DNA of 64,000 nucleotides. It comes from Podarcis erhardii. Its lineage: Eukaryota. Below, piece by piece: positions 35,093 through 47,338 of this stretch. Where the stretch lies: NCBI GenBank assembly GCA_964252035.1, contig OZ176201.1. One strand, written 5' to 3'. A program made the position numbers and the translations under genes. The notes under the pieces were generated by a model, which was given only the letters and a program-made list of their open reading frames with translations, made no database searches and had not been told where the DNA came from. Numbering within the stretch: the first letter of the stretch is position 1; each line of letters starts with the position of its first letter.

Positions 35093-36797
35093 ACTTACGA
35101 TGCTGGGAATTTTTGCCTCAGTGTGCATCACCTTTGTAGGTGTTTACATGGAACAGGATTTGCCATGTTGTTGCTCCTTTAGTTTGGAAAGATCCTTGTG
35201 GAGCTTGAGTTCTCACCATCCTGAATAACTTAAGAATTCTCAGGTATATTCCATCCAGACCCAGTGAGCTAAGTTTCTAATTTGTCAGTAAGTCCTAGAA
35301 TGTCATCATCTTCCCCCCTTCATGACTTAGATCTTCAGATGCCCTCATTTCCAGGAAAGTGGTTTATTAGCAGATATCCAGTATTATTATTTTTTGCTCA
35401 TCCAGCTTTGCTGCAATCTCCCTATCTTCCTATTAGCATCCTTTCTCTCCTTTGTCATCTAATGGTCCAACTGCCTCCATGTCCTGCTTCTGACATACTT
35501 AAATTTTGTATTAATACTTTTAGAACATGTTCCTCACTCCCTCTCCCCACCCCACAAGCATTGCCAGGCACTTAAAAGACTTTGGGTACGTGCCCATGAC
35601 ACCCACTTGTCCTAATTTATATTTATAGATGCCTCTGGGTGAATTAAGATGGTGGGTATCTCTAGAGCAAGGGGTGGCAGGAGGGTCTCACAAGCACTGT
35701 GCTTTGCAAGGCACCCAGCTGCCCTCTAAGCAAATGAATGTTACCTTTCAACTTCCTTTTAAATATAGATACGTAGATACATAGATAGATGGTAACTAAA
35801 TCTTGTTCATTTGCTGTTGTTGTATATTCATACTTATAGGATTCTTTTTTAATTGCCCTGTATTATATATTGTTGGCTAACTTGGGTGCTTGATGTAGAA
35901 AGTCAAGATATTACATTTAATTATTTATCCACAAATCCCCATTATTTAAGTTTTCTCTTTTGAAAACAAATGTGACTGTGCTGGACATTCTGGGCAACTT
36001 TCCACTTACATATGTATTGAATTTAGCAGCACAGTCAGTTCATCAACACTTAACATCTTACACCAGACTTCTCCAATGTAGTGCCCTCCAGATGTTGTTG
36101 GACTCCCAGCTCCCATCGGTTCCATCCAGCATGGCCAGCCATCGTAGTCCAAAACACTTGGCAAGCACCAGATTGGGAAAGGCTGGGCTATATTGTGATT
36201 GCCTACACATATGTAAAGGGCTTTGTTGCCAGCATGGTGGCATTCTCGGTATTCTTGAAATGTGGTGACCTGGTTTGCACAGAGTGGTAAGCCATCGTTT
36301 GTTTAAAAGTCTACAAGTTAACCACAAGTTGTCCCGCGGACAATGATTACTTGGTTTTCCAAAGTTTGGTTTGTTGCTTCTCCTGCTTCTCTTGCCTTTT
36401 CCTTTACAGTTTGGTAAGCATCATCTAGGATGGAGTGGTCAAACAAACCATGGTTAAGAAAGGATCCTGGGAGTAATGCCAGGTCACTGTTAGAACAAAC
36501 CAAGGTTCAAACCATTGCTGCAACAAACCATAGCTTCAGAGTGTAGTTTGTTGGCAGTAAGTAAACCATTGTGAAGTTGTTGGGCCAGGTTCACACATAA
36601 CATTAAGTCAGTTTAGTAAACCATGGTTTAGCGTTATGTATGAAACCAGCCATGTTGTGACAAGCAAGATTTCCCCACTTTTAAGTTTCAAGGAAACAGT
36701 ACTGTTCTGTGCATGCATGTTCCCAAGGCTGAGAGGAGAGGCATTTCTGGCCCTGGCTGTGTTTCTTCTAACCCTGGATATTTTCTCTTGTTAATAG

Positions 36798-36849
36798 GCT
36801 AACCTCTTCCCTGCTGCCATTGTACATTTTGGATCTGAGATGCAGAAAG
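36798..36849 (+). CDS. ASPSCR1: ASPSCR1 coding exon (52 bp), ANLFPAAIVHFGSEMQK
   Basis: Acceptor gttaatag|GCT and donor G|gtgagt; matches human ANLFPAALVHLG. Confidence 0.95.
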
Positions 36850-38037
36850 GTGAGTCACGTATCTTGTTCCTCTCCATAAGAAACTCTGCATAGTTGTTAC
36901 ATGAGCATCTAGATGAACTGTGTCCATGGTTTCAGCTATGGTGGCTGAACTCTGATTAATGTGTTGGGCATAAATAAGTGGATATTTATAGCTCGGGGCT
37001 CTTAGAGGTTCATGAAACCTTTTCGCTTGATACAAAATAAATGATAGCCCAGTATGGAAATGATTGTAAGGGAAGTGCCCACTCTGGTTTAAGGTGAAAT
37101 GAACTGAATCTTAGTGCCATTCATTGTTTGCTGTAGAAATCTTGGGTCACAGGTGGCTTTTTTCCAATTTGGGGGTGAGGCCTGTTTTTAGGTAAAAATC
37201 TGTGCTTCCTACGTACCACCCCTTTCTCAATTCTTTTTTGACTCAGCTAGGAAGTACTCTTTGTCCTATTGTGTGTATCCTGAGTTAGCTAACAGCTATA
37301 GAAATCTTAATCATGCAAAATAGGTGAATTTTTGAATTGGTCCATCTTCAGTTAGTGTGCAGAATTGCACACTTTTTCAGGGTAGGTATTTAGACCTTAA
37401 GTAAAAATTGGGTCCAAAGTATGGCAACTTTATGCATATCTTCTGCATCTAACTTATTTTTTTGGACCAGACACTAATACAGTAAATGTCCACGTGAACA
37501 TTTCACAGTTGTCTCTCACCATGGTTCACTGTTAATCTGAGGACAAATGTCTGTGTGGTGCATACTGTTCTGGACATCTTTAAAATGCAGCAGGACTGAC
37601 CCCCATAGTGGATGGGCTTTAGGGGCATTTGTCTGCAGGGAAGATCAGAGTAGGGTTGTGCTGCAGGTTGAAGATAACATCTGGTAGTCTCTCCTAACGG
37701 TTCAATTTACTAGGAAACTGCCAAGAACTAAATGATAAAAGAAACATATACAAGCAGGGGGAGACACCATCCCTGTCTGGCAGTTCTATTTTTGTGTAAT
37801 GTTGCAGTCTTTACTCAACTAGTTCACAGAATAGGATCTGATAGGCAGATGCGTGTTCTAAAATACACACTTAGAAGTTGAGATAAATGTTTCACAGGTT
37901 GGGAGAAGAGTACCGAAGAGGATTAGTGCAGCTTGTTGGGGCTATTGGTTTCACAAAATAACAGAGTTGGATCATGGGGCTTCCTAGCTCTGAAGGACAA
38001 GAACTTTGAGTGAGGGGTGTGTGTGTCTGTTTAACAG

Positions 38038-38104
38038 ATTATCTGAGGTCGGACCTCCTGGAATCTGCTGTGTCCCCTTCTGAAGCTGACATCTTAGTAG
38101 CTAG
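38038..38104 (+). CDS. ASPSCR1: ASPSCR1 coding exon (67 bp), (D)YLRSDLLESAVSPSEADILVA(R)
   Basis: Acceptor tttaacag|AT and donor AG|gtaagt; matches human YLEPGLLEHAISPSAADVLVAR. Confidence 0.94.
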
Positions 38105-38153
38105 GTAAGTAGTGTGAGTAATTCTTTTTGAAGCTGTTGTGGATGAGTGAGTT

Positions 38154-38319
38154 ATCATAGAACTGTAGAGTTGGAAGGAATCCCGAGGATCCTCTAGTCT
38201 AACCCCCTGCAATGCAGGAATCTCAGCTAAAGCATCCATGACAGATAGCCATCCAACCTCTGCTTAAAAAGCTCCAGTGAAGGAGAATCTACCACCTCCC
38301 AAGGGAGACCATTCCACTG
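38154..38319 (-). mobile_element. CR1 LINE 3' end fragment
   Basis: ATCATAGAA...GAGTTGGAAGG...CATCCAACCTCTGCTTAAAAA pattern typical of reversed squamate CR1 3' ends; homologous to 22340-22471. Confidence 0.7.
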
Positions 38320-38584
38320 AGTTGTTGCCTTGCCCAATGAAGAGTTTGCCAGCAGTTTACAAAGCTTGCTTTTACACGTGTTCTCCCACTGACAGCTTTG
38401 AACACCCCAAATGAATGAAGAGAGACCCCTGTAGTATCAAAAGCCATAGGGATTGGAAGGCATTTTTGCTGATATGCAACCTCTGGCTTTCGCAACAGTA
38501 TTTGCAGTGATTTACATTTTGGAATATGTAAGCTTAGCAACTGGAAGACCCATATGAACATCTAATACTTACCTTTTCTCTCAG

Positions 38585-38775
38585 GCAGTTGTCTAAATCA
38601 GCACCTCCCACTAAGCGAAATTCAGATCCTGTTCTTAGTTCCCTACCTAAACCAAATGAGACCGATGGGAGCGTGGCAAGAGGGCACTCAGAAGCAGCAG
38701 TGGCTCCTGAAGCAGCACAGCCACCAGTAAGGAGGACGCCATCTGGGAAGGTGCCAAAGTGGCTGAAGCTGCCAG
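38585..38775 (+). CDS. ASPSCR1: ASPSCR1 penultimate coding exon (191 bp), QLSKSAPP...SGKVPKWLKLP
   Basis: Acceptor ttctctcag|G and donor G|gtacct; ends in the conserved GKVPKWLKLP. Confidence 0.94.
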
Positions 38776-38796
38776 GTACCTTCTTAAGTATTACAG

Positions 38797-39150
38797 TGAC
38801 ACGGGTGGCGCTGTGGGTTAAACCACCAGAGCCTAGGACTTGCCGATCAGGTCGGCGGTTTGAATCCCCACAACGGGGTGAGCTCCTGTTGCTCGGTCCC
38901 AGCTCCTGCCAACCTAGCAGTTCGAAAGCACGTCAAAGTGCAAGTAGATAAATAGGTACCGCTCCGGCTGAAAGGTAAACGGCGTTTCCGTGCGCTGCTC
39001 TGGTTCGCCAGAAGCGGCTTAGTCATGCTGGCCACACGACCCGGAAGCTGTTCGCCGGCTCCCTCGGCCAGTAAAGCGAGATGAGTGCCGCAACCACAGA
39101 GTCGGTCACGACTAGACCTAATGGTCAGGGGTCCCTTTACCTTTACCTTA
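38797..39150 (+). mobile_element. Sauria SINE, full length
   Basis: Same head, body and tail as the copy at 1505; tail ACCTTTACCTTA. Confidence 0.93.
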
Positions 39151-39533
39151 CTTGTTCCTAGCCATTGTACTGCTCCTAAAAAAGATTCTGTGCGGCAGTC
39201 TGGCTCGTCAGCTAAGTGCGTACCTGAATATCCTGATTTAGGGCTGGGAAGGAATTTCCCTCAAGCAGATCAGAGTTTTCCTTTCCTTTCCCACTACCCC
39301 CATACTCCTTTCCTACTACCCATCTTAGCCGTGGTACGCCATGCTTGTCTCCCCCTGTAAAATGTGGCCCTGTTTAGTCTCCTACCAGCAGAGCCCTAAA
39401 ATATTCTAATGTACTTTTCAGTCTGAAAGGACCTATCATTTGGGAGGCTCTGGAAAGCTCAGCAGTTGGAAGCTCCACTATATCAAAGTTTGTAGTAGAG
39501 GTTGCTTTCACAGTTGCTTTGTTTGCATTTCAG

Positions 39534-39547
39534 GTGGGAAGCGATGA
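39534..39547 (+). CDS. ASPSCR1: ASPSCR1 last coding exon, (G)GKR-stop
   Basis: Acceptor ttgcatttcag|GT GGG AAG CGA TGA; the human C-terminus is ASKR-stop and the phase fits. Confidence 0.88.
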
Positions 39548-39667
39548 AGGACTTGTGATTTCCACCTTCAGAAAGTTGCCTCACCTGGCTGAGAGGCAAG
39601 TGGGGTTGCTCTGTTTTCCTTCATGTGAAGCTGCTGAAAGACAGGGCCCAGCAAACGGATTTTTCAG

Positions 39668-39673
39668 AATAAA
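39668..39673 (+). terminator. Candidate ASPSCR1 polyadenylation signal AATAAA
   Basis: First AATAAA about 120 nt after the stop codon; usage not demonstrated. Confidence 0.4.
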
Positions 39674-40569
39674 ATTGCAAGCACCATTTTCTGTTGCCCA
39701 TTCTGCTGCTCTGTGTGCAACATTATGTTTGGGCGGTGGGTAAAGCAGAGACACACTCCAGCCATGCTGTTGTTTAACTAACATGAAGTAGGCGCGGAAA
39801 TTTGTAGAACTACCGTACTTTGCTGTATTTGTTGTGTAGGTGCAGGGAATTTCAGGACCAGGTTGTTGATGATAATTAAAAACCCAGTTGGGTGGTCATA
39901 TATGAGTCTGTGTCACTTACGTCAGTTGTCAGATGATCACCTTTGTGTTGTATAAATTGTCACCAAATCCCCTATGTTGGAGGTTTGCTTCTGGTAACCC
40001 ATAGGACTCCATGCCTGCCACACGCTGGACACTCCTTTTCCAGTGCTGCAGGCACCGTACGTTGCTGCAATATTTTGTAGTTCTCAAAATCTGTTGGTAG
40101 ATCTGAATGAAGAGATGCCTTAGGACCTGGCAACACTTAAGAGAGGTCAGTGAATACTCTTTTGGGGTAATAAAAACACACACATCCCCGCAAAATTGCT
40201 TCAGACAACATAGGTTAGTGATAGCCAAAAAGGATGTCATCTCAAAGTCTTCAGTATGTTGCTTTTAATTCTTTAATGCCATTGGCAAGTAGAGGCAAGC
40301 CAGAATGCACTTCATGGTCATCTTTATATTAAAGATATGTGTGATGCACAAGCAGAGGATGTAGGCAAGGTCACATGCCAAAACCCTTTTGGAGCTTCAG
40401 ATCCATAACGAAACTTCCATTGGCTTATCTTTTTAAATATTCCAGTGTTCCCGGAGCCTCTTCCTACTTCCTTTTGAACACTAGCTTACGGTAGTTTCTG
40501 TTGATTTCATGCTGTCACTTCTTAATAAGCACACAGTTCGCTTTGCTTTATGTGCATGTTTGAATCATG

Positions 40570-41068
40570 TACCGTATTTTTCACCCTATAAGGCGCACCG
40601 GCCCATAGGGCGCACCTAGTTTTTTTTGGGGGGGGGAAATAAAGAAAAAATATTATTTCCCCCCCAGGCGTGGGGCTGGGGCGGGGGAAACCCGAGCTTC
40701 CCCCAACCCCAGCCCCCAGAATAGGCTGCTATCCGCAAGCCTAGGGAGCCCGGCAGGAACTCCCGCCGGGCTCCCCAGGCTTGCGGAGAGCTGCCCGAAG
40801 CCCGGGGTGCACTCCGCTGCGCTCCCCGGGTTTTGGGCTGCAGGCTGCTGTCCGCAAGCCTTGGGAGCCTGGCGGGAACTCCCGCCGGGCTCTCAAGGCT
40901 TGCAGATAGCTTCCTGAAGCCTGGAGAGCAAGAGGGGTCAGTGCGCACCGATCCCTCTCGCTCTCCAGGCTTCAGCGAAAGCCTGCATTCGCCCCATAGG
41001 ACGCACACACATTTCCCCTTCATTTTTGGAGGGGAAAAAGTGCGTCCTATAGGGCAAAAAATATGGTA
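40570..41068. mobile_element. Tc1/mariner (Tigger/pogo-like) MITE with TA TSD
   Basis: TA-CCGTATTTTTCACCCTATA...TATAGGGCAAAAAATATGG-TA; GC-rich interior with a duplicated palindromic unit. Confidence 0.85.
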
Positions 41069-44000
41069 TTTCTACACTGCTTTTCACTGGAAGAAAATAT
41101 CACAAAGTGGCTTCCAAAAAAGCAAATGTAACAAAAAATAGATCATACAATATATACAGCGATAAAACAGACAAATCACTAGAAAAATGCACAGATGTAT
41201 TGCGCTTCAGACTGAGCCCTACTTAAGGCTTCCATCAATTACTGGGAGCATTTGAGGAACAGCCAAATGCTGGTTTTCTCCTTCGCTACCCTCAGAGCCT
41301 TCAGATGTTCAACTAGTTCATATCTTTGCTGAAGTATTATTCTGTATTCCACCTGTATCTTTTTTTCCTGAGCTGCCTTTTCTCCAGTTTAAGCTGTCCT
41401 CATTTCTGTTTCCTTGGTTGCTTTTTCTAAACCAACGGCTAATATTGTGCTCCCTCCATGTCCAGTCCCTGGCAGCACGAACAAGCACCGGCAACTGCTT
41501 CCTGTCAACCCATAGTTCAGATTAGGCCCAGAAAGATTGGAGTGGCAGCAGCTTACGACCCCTGCCCATCAGCAGTTTCAAGGGCTTGGGTTTCTGCGTC
41601 CTGGGAACTTCCTAACCATGCCAACTCCTGATACCAGGCTTGCCAGAAGGCTGCCAAAATAGTAGCAAGGTGGAAAATATTTACTCTGGGAGAGAACAAC
41701 ACCACTGGCTTGCTAGTTGGCATCATTTTGGTCTGAACTGCGATAATATCTGGTAGTTTTCAGAACTTTTGACGTTTGTTCTCAATGAAAACACTGTTAT
41801 TATATAAAAATACATTACAAAACAGGAAAAAATATGTTATTCTAACTGAGGACTTTTACAATGATTATTCCAATGTGCAGCAAAAGGAACCCATCTGTGC
41901 AGCGGTTAATCACAATTTGTTTCCAGTTGGAGTCATATCAATATATAGTTGGCATGTCTATTTCAGCTGCAAGGAATGCTTTCCCAGCTTCTCCGCAATA
42001 AGCCATGGTCTGTTGATTTCTAGTTTGTTAAAATTACAAATGCAGTAACTAGCATTTTCAATTAGAGCTTTGTGGTCCATTAGCACCTCTCCCCAACAAT
42101 ATCATAAAAAGAAACAGGTTGCAGCTTAATCCAGATTGTTATCAAATGGATGTTTTCCCCATAAAATTCACTAACCAGAAGGTATTCTCATCACATATGT
42201 ATAACTCCCACCCATATATGTTGACTCATTGAATCATTTAGTCTTGTCACTCGCTTCTCCCTCCTCCCCGGTCATATTCAAAAATATGAAAGTTTCTCTG
42301 GGCCCAGGGGGCCGCTGCACACATCACATTATAAGCAAGGGATACCTGCTAGCAGATTGCTGTGGATACATGCAGATTGCTCTAAACTGAGACATGCAAG
42401 GTAGGTCAGCCATATACAGGGCAGCAGTGAGCCGACTGAGTGCATTATTCCTCCAGCCCTTATTGAATTCAAACCGTAACCCCTATTAAATAATCAGTTG
42501 CTGAGGAAGGCCATTAAGGGCTAGAGGCCCTTAAATAACATCTGCACCCATCTCTTCCCATGACAACAGTATGGTGCTCCCTAAACACTTGTGCAACTTC
42601 AAAGGCTTCTGGATCCAAGTGTGATTCAATTGCCCCTCTGTAAACAGTTGTGAAGTTAAGCTAACTTATTTAACCCTGTGCTATGCTATTCAAAGACCCT
42701 GGCTCTTCTACATAATAGTTGATGAATAAGTGGAGGAGGAGAAATATCTCTGCTGCAGGCTAACAGATCAGGCTAGTTTGATGCTAAGATGGGTGCTAAG
42801 AGTTACACTTTTTTCTGAGAGTGCATAATTTGTAGGTGTATGGAAGCAGGGTGACCATAAGAGGCCTTTCAATTAGTCTCTTTTTGAATTGCACATCCTC
42901 TCCACCTACTTGTTCGGGTTCTCTATCAGTTCAGAGTAACCTGCTTCCTGTTCAGTGTGCCTGACATGGCCCATTTCCCTCCTGCCCCTGCTTTTCCAAC
43001 AAAGAAAACAAGAGCATTGTACCATCTGAATGAACTTCAAAGTGGCTGGAAGGGGCACCAAGGGTTCCTGGCACTTGTCATTGTCTCCCAAACTGACCAA
43101 CATTTCCCTTCAGGTCTAATTACTTCCAAATGCTTCCAGCCGCTTTGAAGAAAACCAGGAGGGGAGGGGGGGAGGGAAAAGGTAGGGAGAAAAGCTTCAG
43201 AGCACACAGGGAGCAGAGAGCAGTTAAAATAGCAAAGGCACAGATCTTTAATGTCACCCAAAAACTGAGCCACCAAAGAAGATGAGTGTATAAGACAACA
43301 GCTGACGAAAACTGAATCCTGCTTTAACTGTACTGTTCCACACACACACTGCTGCCATCTGTGGTACTGGGAGGGTGGCTGCTACAGAAGACAAAGTGGA
43401 AACTAAATCCAGGCAAGGTTAGGACAGTGCCAATTCTAGCCTTATTACCCTTACCTGGAAGAATGTGGTCTGTGTGGTTCTTCAGTAAGTCCATTTCTCT
43501 GTGCTAGGAGCTTGGCAGATCTCATCTTTCTGCACTCTACGTTGGAGGTTTCTAATTGTTTCCTTTGGGCCGGTTAGTGTTGACACCCAAGCTGCTTTCT
43601 GGCTTTCCCTGTGATCTGCCCTTTGTATCTTTATACTGTAAGATCTGTCACATAATCAAGCAGCCAGCATTCTGCGCTGAAATGTTGTTCAAACAGAACA
43701 CACACACTGCTGTTAGGACAGATCATACGCATTAGCATATGGGTCTCTGGCTGAAAGGTGTATGTGTGTTCTTGAAAAACAGAATTTTGTTTTATTGCTA
43801 TATTTTTATTACAAGCCATGGAGGGAAACAGGGAAGGGATGACGCCCTGCGGATTGAAGCCCCAGGCTGAAAATGCCAAGCTGTCTTGTTTCTAAGTTTT
43901 GACCATGAAGCTACTTACATTTCAAAGGTTGAGGGCTGTTGTTTTTTTCACTCACAACATTTTCATTAGAAGCTGTTCCTTGAAAAATGTAAAACAATTA

Positions 44001-45679
44001 GTTGATGCTGCTATAGTTTCTATACTGCAGCAATGCTTGCTGTTAAGACACATGTACCTCATAATCCCTAATTGTGGGTGGTCATTCAGTTCTTACTTTT
44101 GCTCGTGTCTTCCTTCAAAGCGGAGATGAGAGATCTGTGGCCTTCCAGGTGTTGCTGGACTCTCATCAGCTTCAGCCAGCATGGCCAATGGTCAGGGAAG
44201 ATTGGACTTCTAATCCAACAACATACGGAGAGTGGCAGGTTCCCCCACCTCTTGTTCAGAGAGCCCTTCTTTGCTGTACTTGCACACATCCTGCCCTGTG
44301 TCAGATTCAAGATCTGCACTGGTTGCTGGCTCACTTGCCTATCCTAAAACAACTGAGCAGGTAAGAGCGCTGGTTTGATCCTACCTACACTGTCACTTAA
44401 AAAAAAAAAAATCCCTCTGATTGCATGTAGTAGTATCAATTTTCTTCTGCCTTCCTTTCTCCCAGGCAACAGATGCTTTAACACTGATACATGTGCAATT
44501 GTAAAGTGTAGAGTGTTTCTTCTAGGAGCAATAATCAGTCAGGTGTGCATTAGGCAGACTGATGCACAGGGACTACGGCTCAGGGCCCATGTTCAAAGGC
44601 TGAACTGTAACCAAAGTAGGGCTATGAATAGATTCAACTGCAGCAGCAATAAAAAGGACCCATCAGATCATAGCTGTCAACGTTTCCCTTTCTTAAAAAG
44701 GGAAATTCCCTTATTCCGAATAGGATTCCTCGCAAGAAAAGGGAAAAGTTGACAGCTATGCGTCAGATAATCTCTAGAGTCTCAAAATTAAAATCTTGAT
44801 CATGTTGAAATGAAGATGCACCTTGACTAGAACTTCCAGCTACATTGTATGGTTGAATCACACCTCTCTGCTGCCAGAGTTTATATTCCAAATAAATTTG
44901 TTTGGTACTGCACGCAAACTCACTGTGCCCTGTTTAAGACCAAGATTTTTAATAGTACATCTCTATCCCACAGAATTCAATGAGACTTTACACCCAAGTA
45001 AGTGTGTACACAGGATTGTAGCATAAATCAGGTGAAAAAGAGAGCCACTTCCCTCTGTCCCATTCATAGAGTAGGTGGTGGGGAAGGATAGCATATTACC
45101 ATAATCCCCCCTCCCAATTTTTAGCACTAGGTTTGGGCCATAATTTGGATTTTCCCTTTAGAAATTTAAACAGAGACATCCTGTTAAGTCAGTGTGCAAG
45201 TGTATGCAGAACAGAGACCTACATGTGTTTTAGTTTAGCTTTGCTGTGGGTACATGTGTGTTTAAACCCATATTAAATGTTCTGTAGTACATTCACACCC
45301 CTTGCTTAATGGGGGATTAAGCTTTGTGTTTAGTCAAAGCTGCTCAACTCTGGTGATCGGCCTGTTTTATACAATTCAGAGCTATATAGGAAGCAGCTGC
45401 CTGGGCCATTTGCTCGTCCAAAGCCTAGACTACATTAAACCAAATGGAAATGGAGAAGATACTTGCAAATTACGGGAAAAGTTAGCCTTTAAGGCTGTTA
45501 ACACTTTTGACCAGATCATTTTGAGCTCAGTGAGACTTGCTTCTGAGTAGACTAAAAGCAAGGTTTTAGGCCGGTACTTTAAAACACTTCGCTTAACAGA
45601 TGGCTGTAAAAATTCTGATTGATCAGATACCTTTAACTTCTAGCCTAAGCCCTACAAGTATCCTTAATTTACATGTCAA

Positions 45680-45825
45680 GAGCAGTGTGGTACACTGGTT
45701 AGACTAGTGTGGGTCTGAGAACACACTGGTTCAAATCTGCATTCAACCAGGGTGACTTTGGGCCTGTCACTATCTCTCAGCCTATCCTACTTTACAGGGT
45801 TTTGGTGAGGATACAAATGGAGAAG
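45680..45825 (+). mobile_element. Old MIR/CORE-like SINE remnant
   Basis: CAGTGTGGTACACTGGTTAGA...GGTTCAAATC...GGGTGACTTTGGGCCTGTCAC...TCTCAGCCT. Confidence 0.45.
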
Positions 45826-47332
45826 AACTATGCACATTAGTTCTTGGGGGACACACACAAAACTAAATACTGTCTTTAGTACTGTTCTTAAGCCCACATC
45901 CTCTGAAGTAAAGCCCCACCAACCTTAGATTCCTAATAAACGAGCACAAAGGAGTGCATGCATTATCAGTAGTTTGTAGCATACGTTTTATGATGCAACA
46001 CAGCACAACATTGTTTTCATGCTTTGTCACAATAGCTATAAACATTACACTACCATATTTGTCTAATGCAGACATAGCAAAGAGCTACAAATTCAATTTC
46101 TGGTTTAAGGAACCAGGTGGGAAAGAATAATGCCTAAGAGAACAACTCCCAGCTAGAGTAGACTACATGGACAAATACTTTGACCTGATACAAGGAGCAT
46201 CCTAGGGTTTAGTGTTAATACGCACTGATAAATCCACTTCTGTTTTTAAAATCTGATGAAGATGAGAATACTGGAAACGCTAAACCATGGTTAAAAGGCT
46301 GCTAAAGCAGGGTAACATGTAGCGCTCCTAGAATTTGCTGGATTCCTAACAGCTCCTGCCAGAATCGCCACCAGTGGTAGACCAGCAAAAGCTTACTCAC
46401 CCCTCTGCTAAACCATGGTTGAGGCTGACAAAGGCAGAACAGGAGAAAGGGAAGTTGCTTTTGTAACGCTGGTTCCTAATTTATAGGCCATAGGTTTGTA
46501 GGAAGACAGCATTATGACAGTTCTGAGAAACGGCAGCATTCCACCTAACCCTCATCCTGTGTTTTTCAGCGTGAACATTACTGGGTACTTCAGAGCCAGC
46601 ATTCAAAGCCAGCAGTCCTTCACCCCTGTCATTACCAATAGGTAGCAACTGGTACCTTAGAAAAGTCATGTGCGTGCTATACCTATCAGGCAGCATGGCT
46701 GCTAACCACTAGCTGACAGTATCATTGCTGCCTTGGTCTTGTTCTGCCTCTTGGCGCACTCCTCTCTATATCCATTCGGAAGTAAGCCCTGTTGAGTTCA
46801 ATGGGGTGTAGGCCCAGATTTGTGGGTATAGAATTGCAGCCTGTCAGTACCTCAAGTGGCAATTGCTTCTCCCTCTGTAGGCCTAGCCTTTATTTTGCAA
46901 TAGAAAAAAAGATTCATTAGGCTATGCCCTGCCCCCATGTATACGGTTTACTATTTCACAGCTCTCTTCTCTCCCCCCCGTCCTGCCCCGCTGACACAGA
47001 GGGGCTGGGCTGTGCGTGATGTGGGATCCTCACACATGCTGTTTGTTATTCTGCCCCTTTTTGAAAGTTTTTCTTTCGTCCTACAAAGAGGGTGGGGGGG
47101 GGAGGCCAAACGACTCTTTGAAGCTACTTGACTTTCTATGATTAATTGCAACAAGGAGCCCCGCGCGAGGGAGGGAGACTATTTTTGATTTATTGAAGTT
47201 TCTTTGTGAGAACAAATTTATAGCAGAGGGAAGCAGCTTCTGAGAGGAATATCAAATGGTTAAAAGGTTCCAAGCACTCTTTGATGTCACGGCCCCCGTG
47301 GAATGCTGGAAAGGATTGAGGGACAAGCACTG

Positions 47333-47338
47333 TTTATT
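47333..47338 (-). terminator. Candidate CENPX polyadenylation signal AATAAA
   Basis: TTTATT on the + strand about 560 nt past the CENPX stop; usage not demonstrated. Confidence 0.35.

Larger units (their letters stand above)
2215..39547 (+). other. ASPSCR1: ASPSCR1 (TUG, UBX-domain tether) gene span, 5'-partial; 12 coding exons in window
   Basis: Twelve GT-AG exons join in one continuous phase. Their peptides match human TUG motifs recalled from memory (PVCxYxRDE, PFVPFxGGGQRL, LPDEFFExTVDDVR, FPDRxxLQGFF, ANLFPAA, GKVPKWLKLP). Confidence 0.97.

Noticed and set aside
17586-36797. Nested protein-coding gene, snoRNA or miRNA in the long intron
   Set aside because: I found no phased exon series, no paired C/D or H/ACA boxes with terminal stems, and no hairpin of pre-miRNA length other than MITE palindromes.
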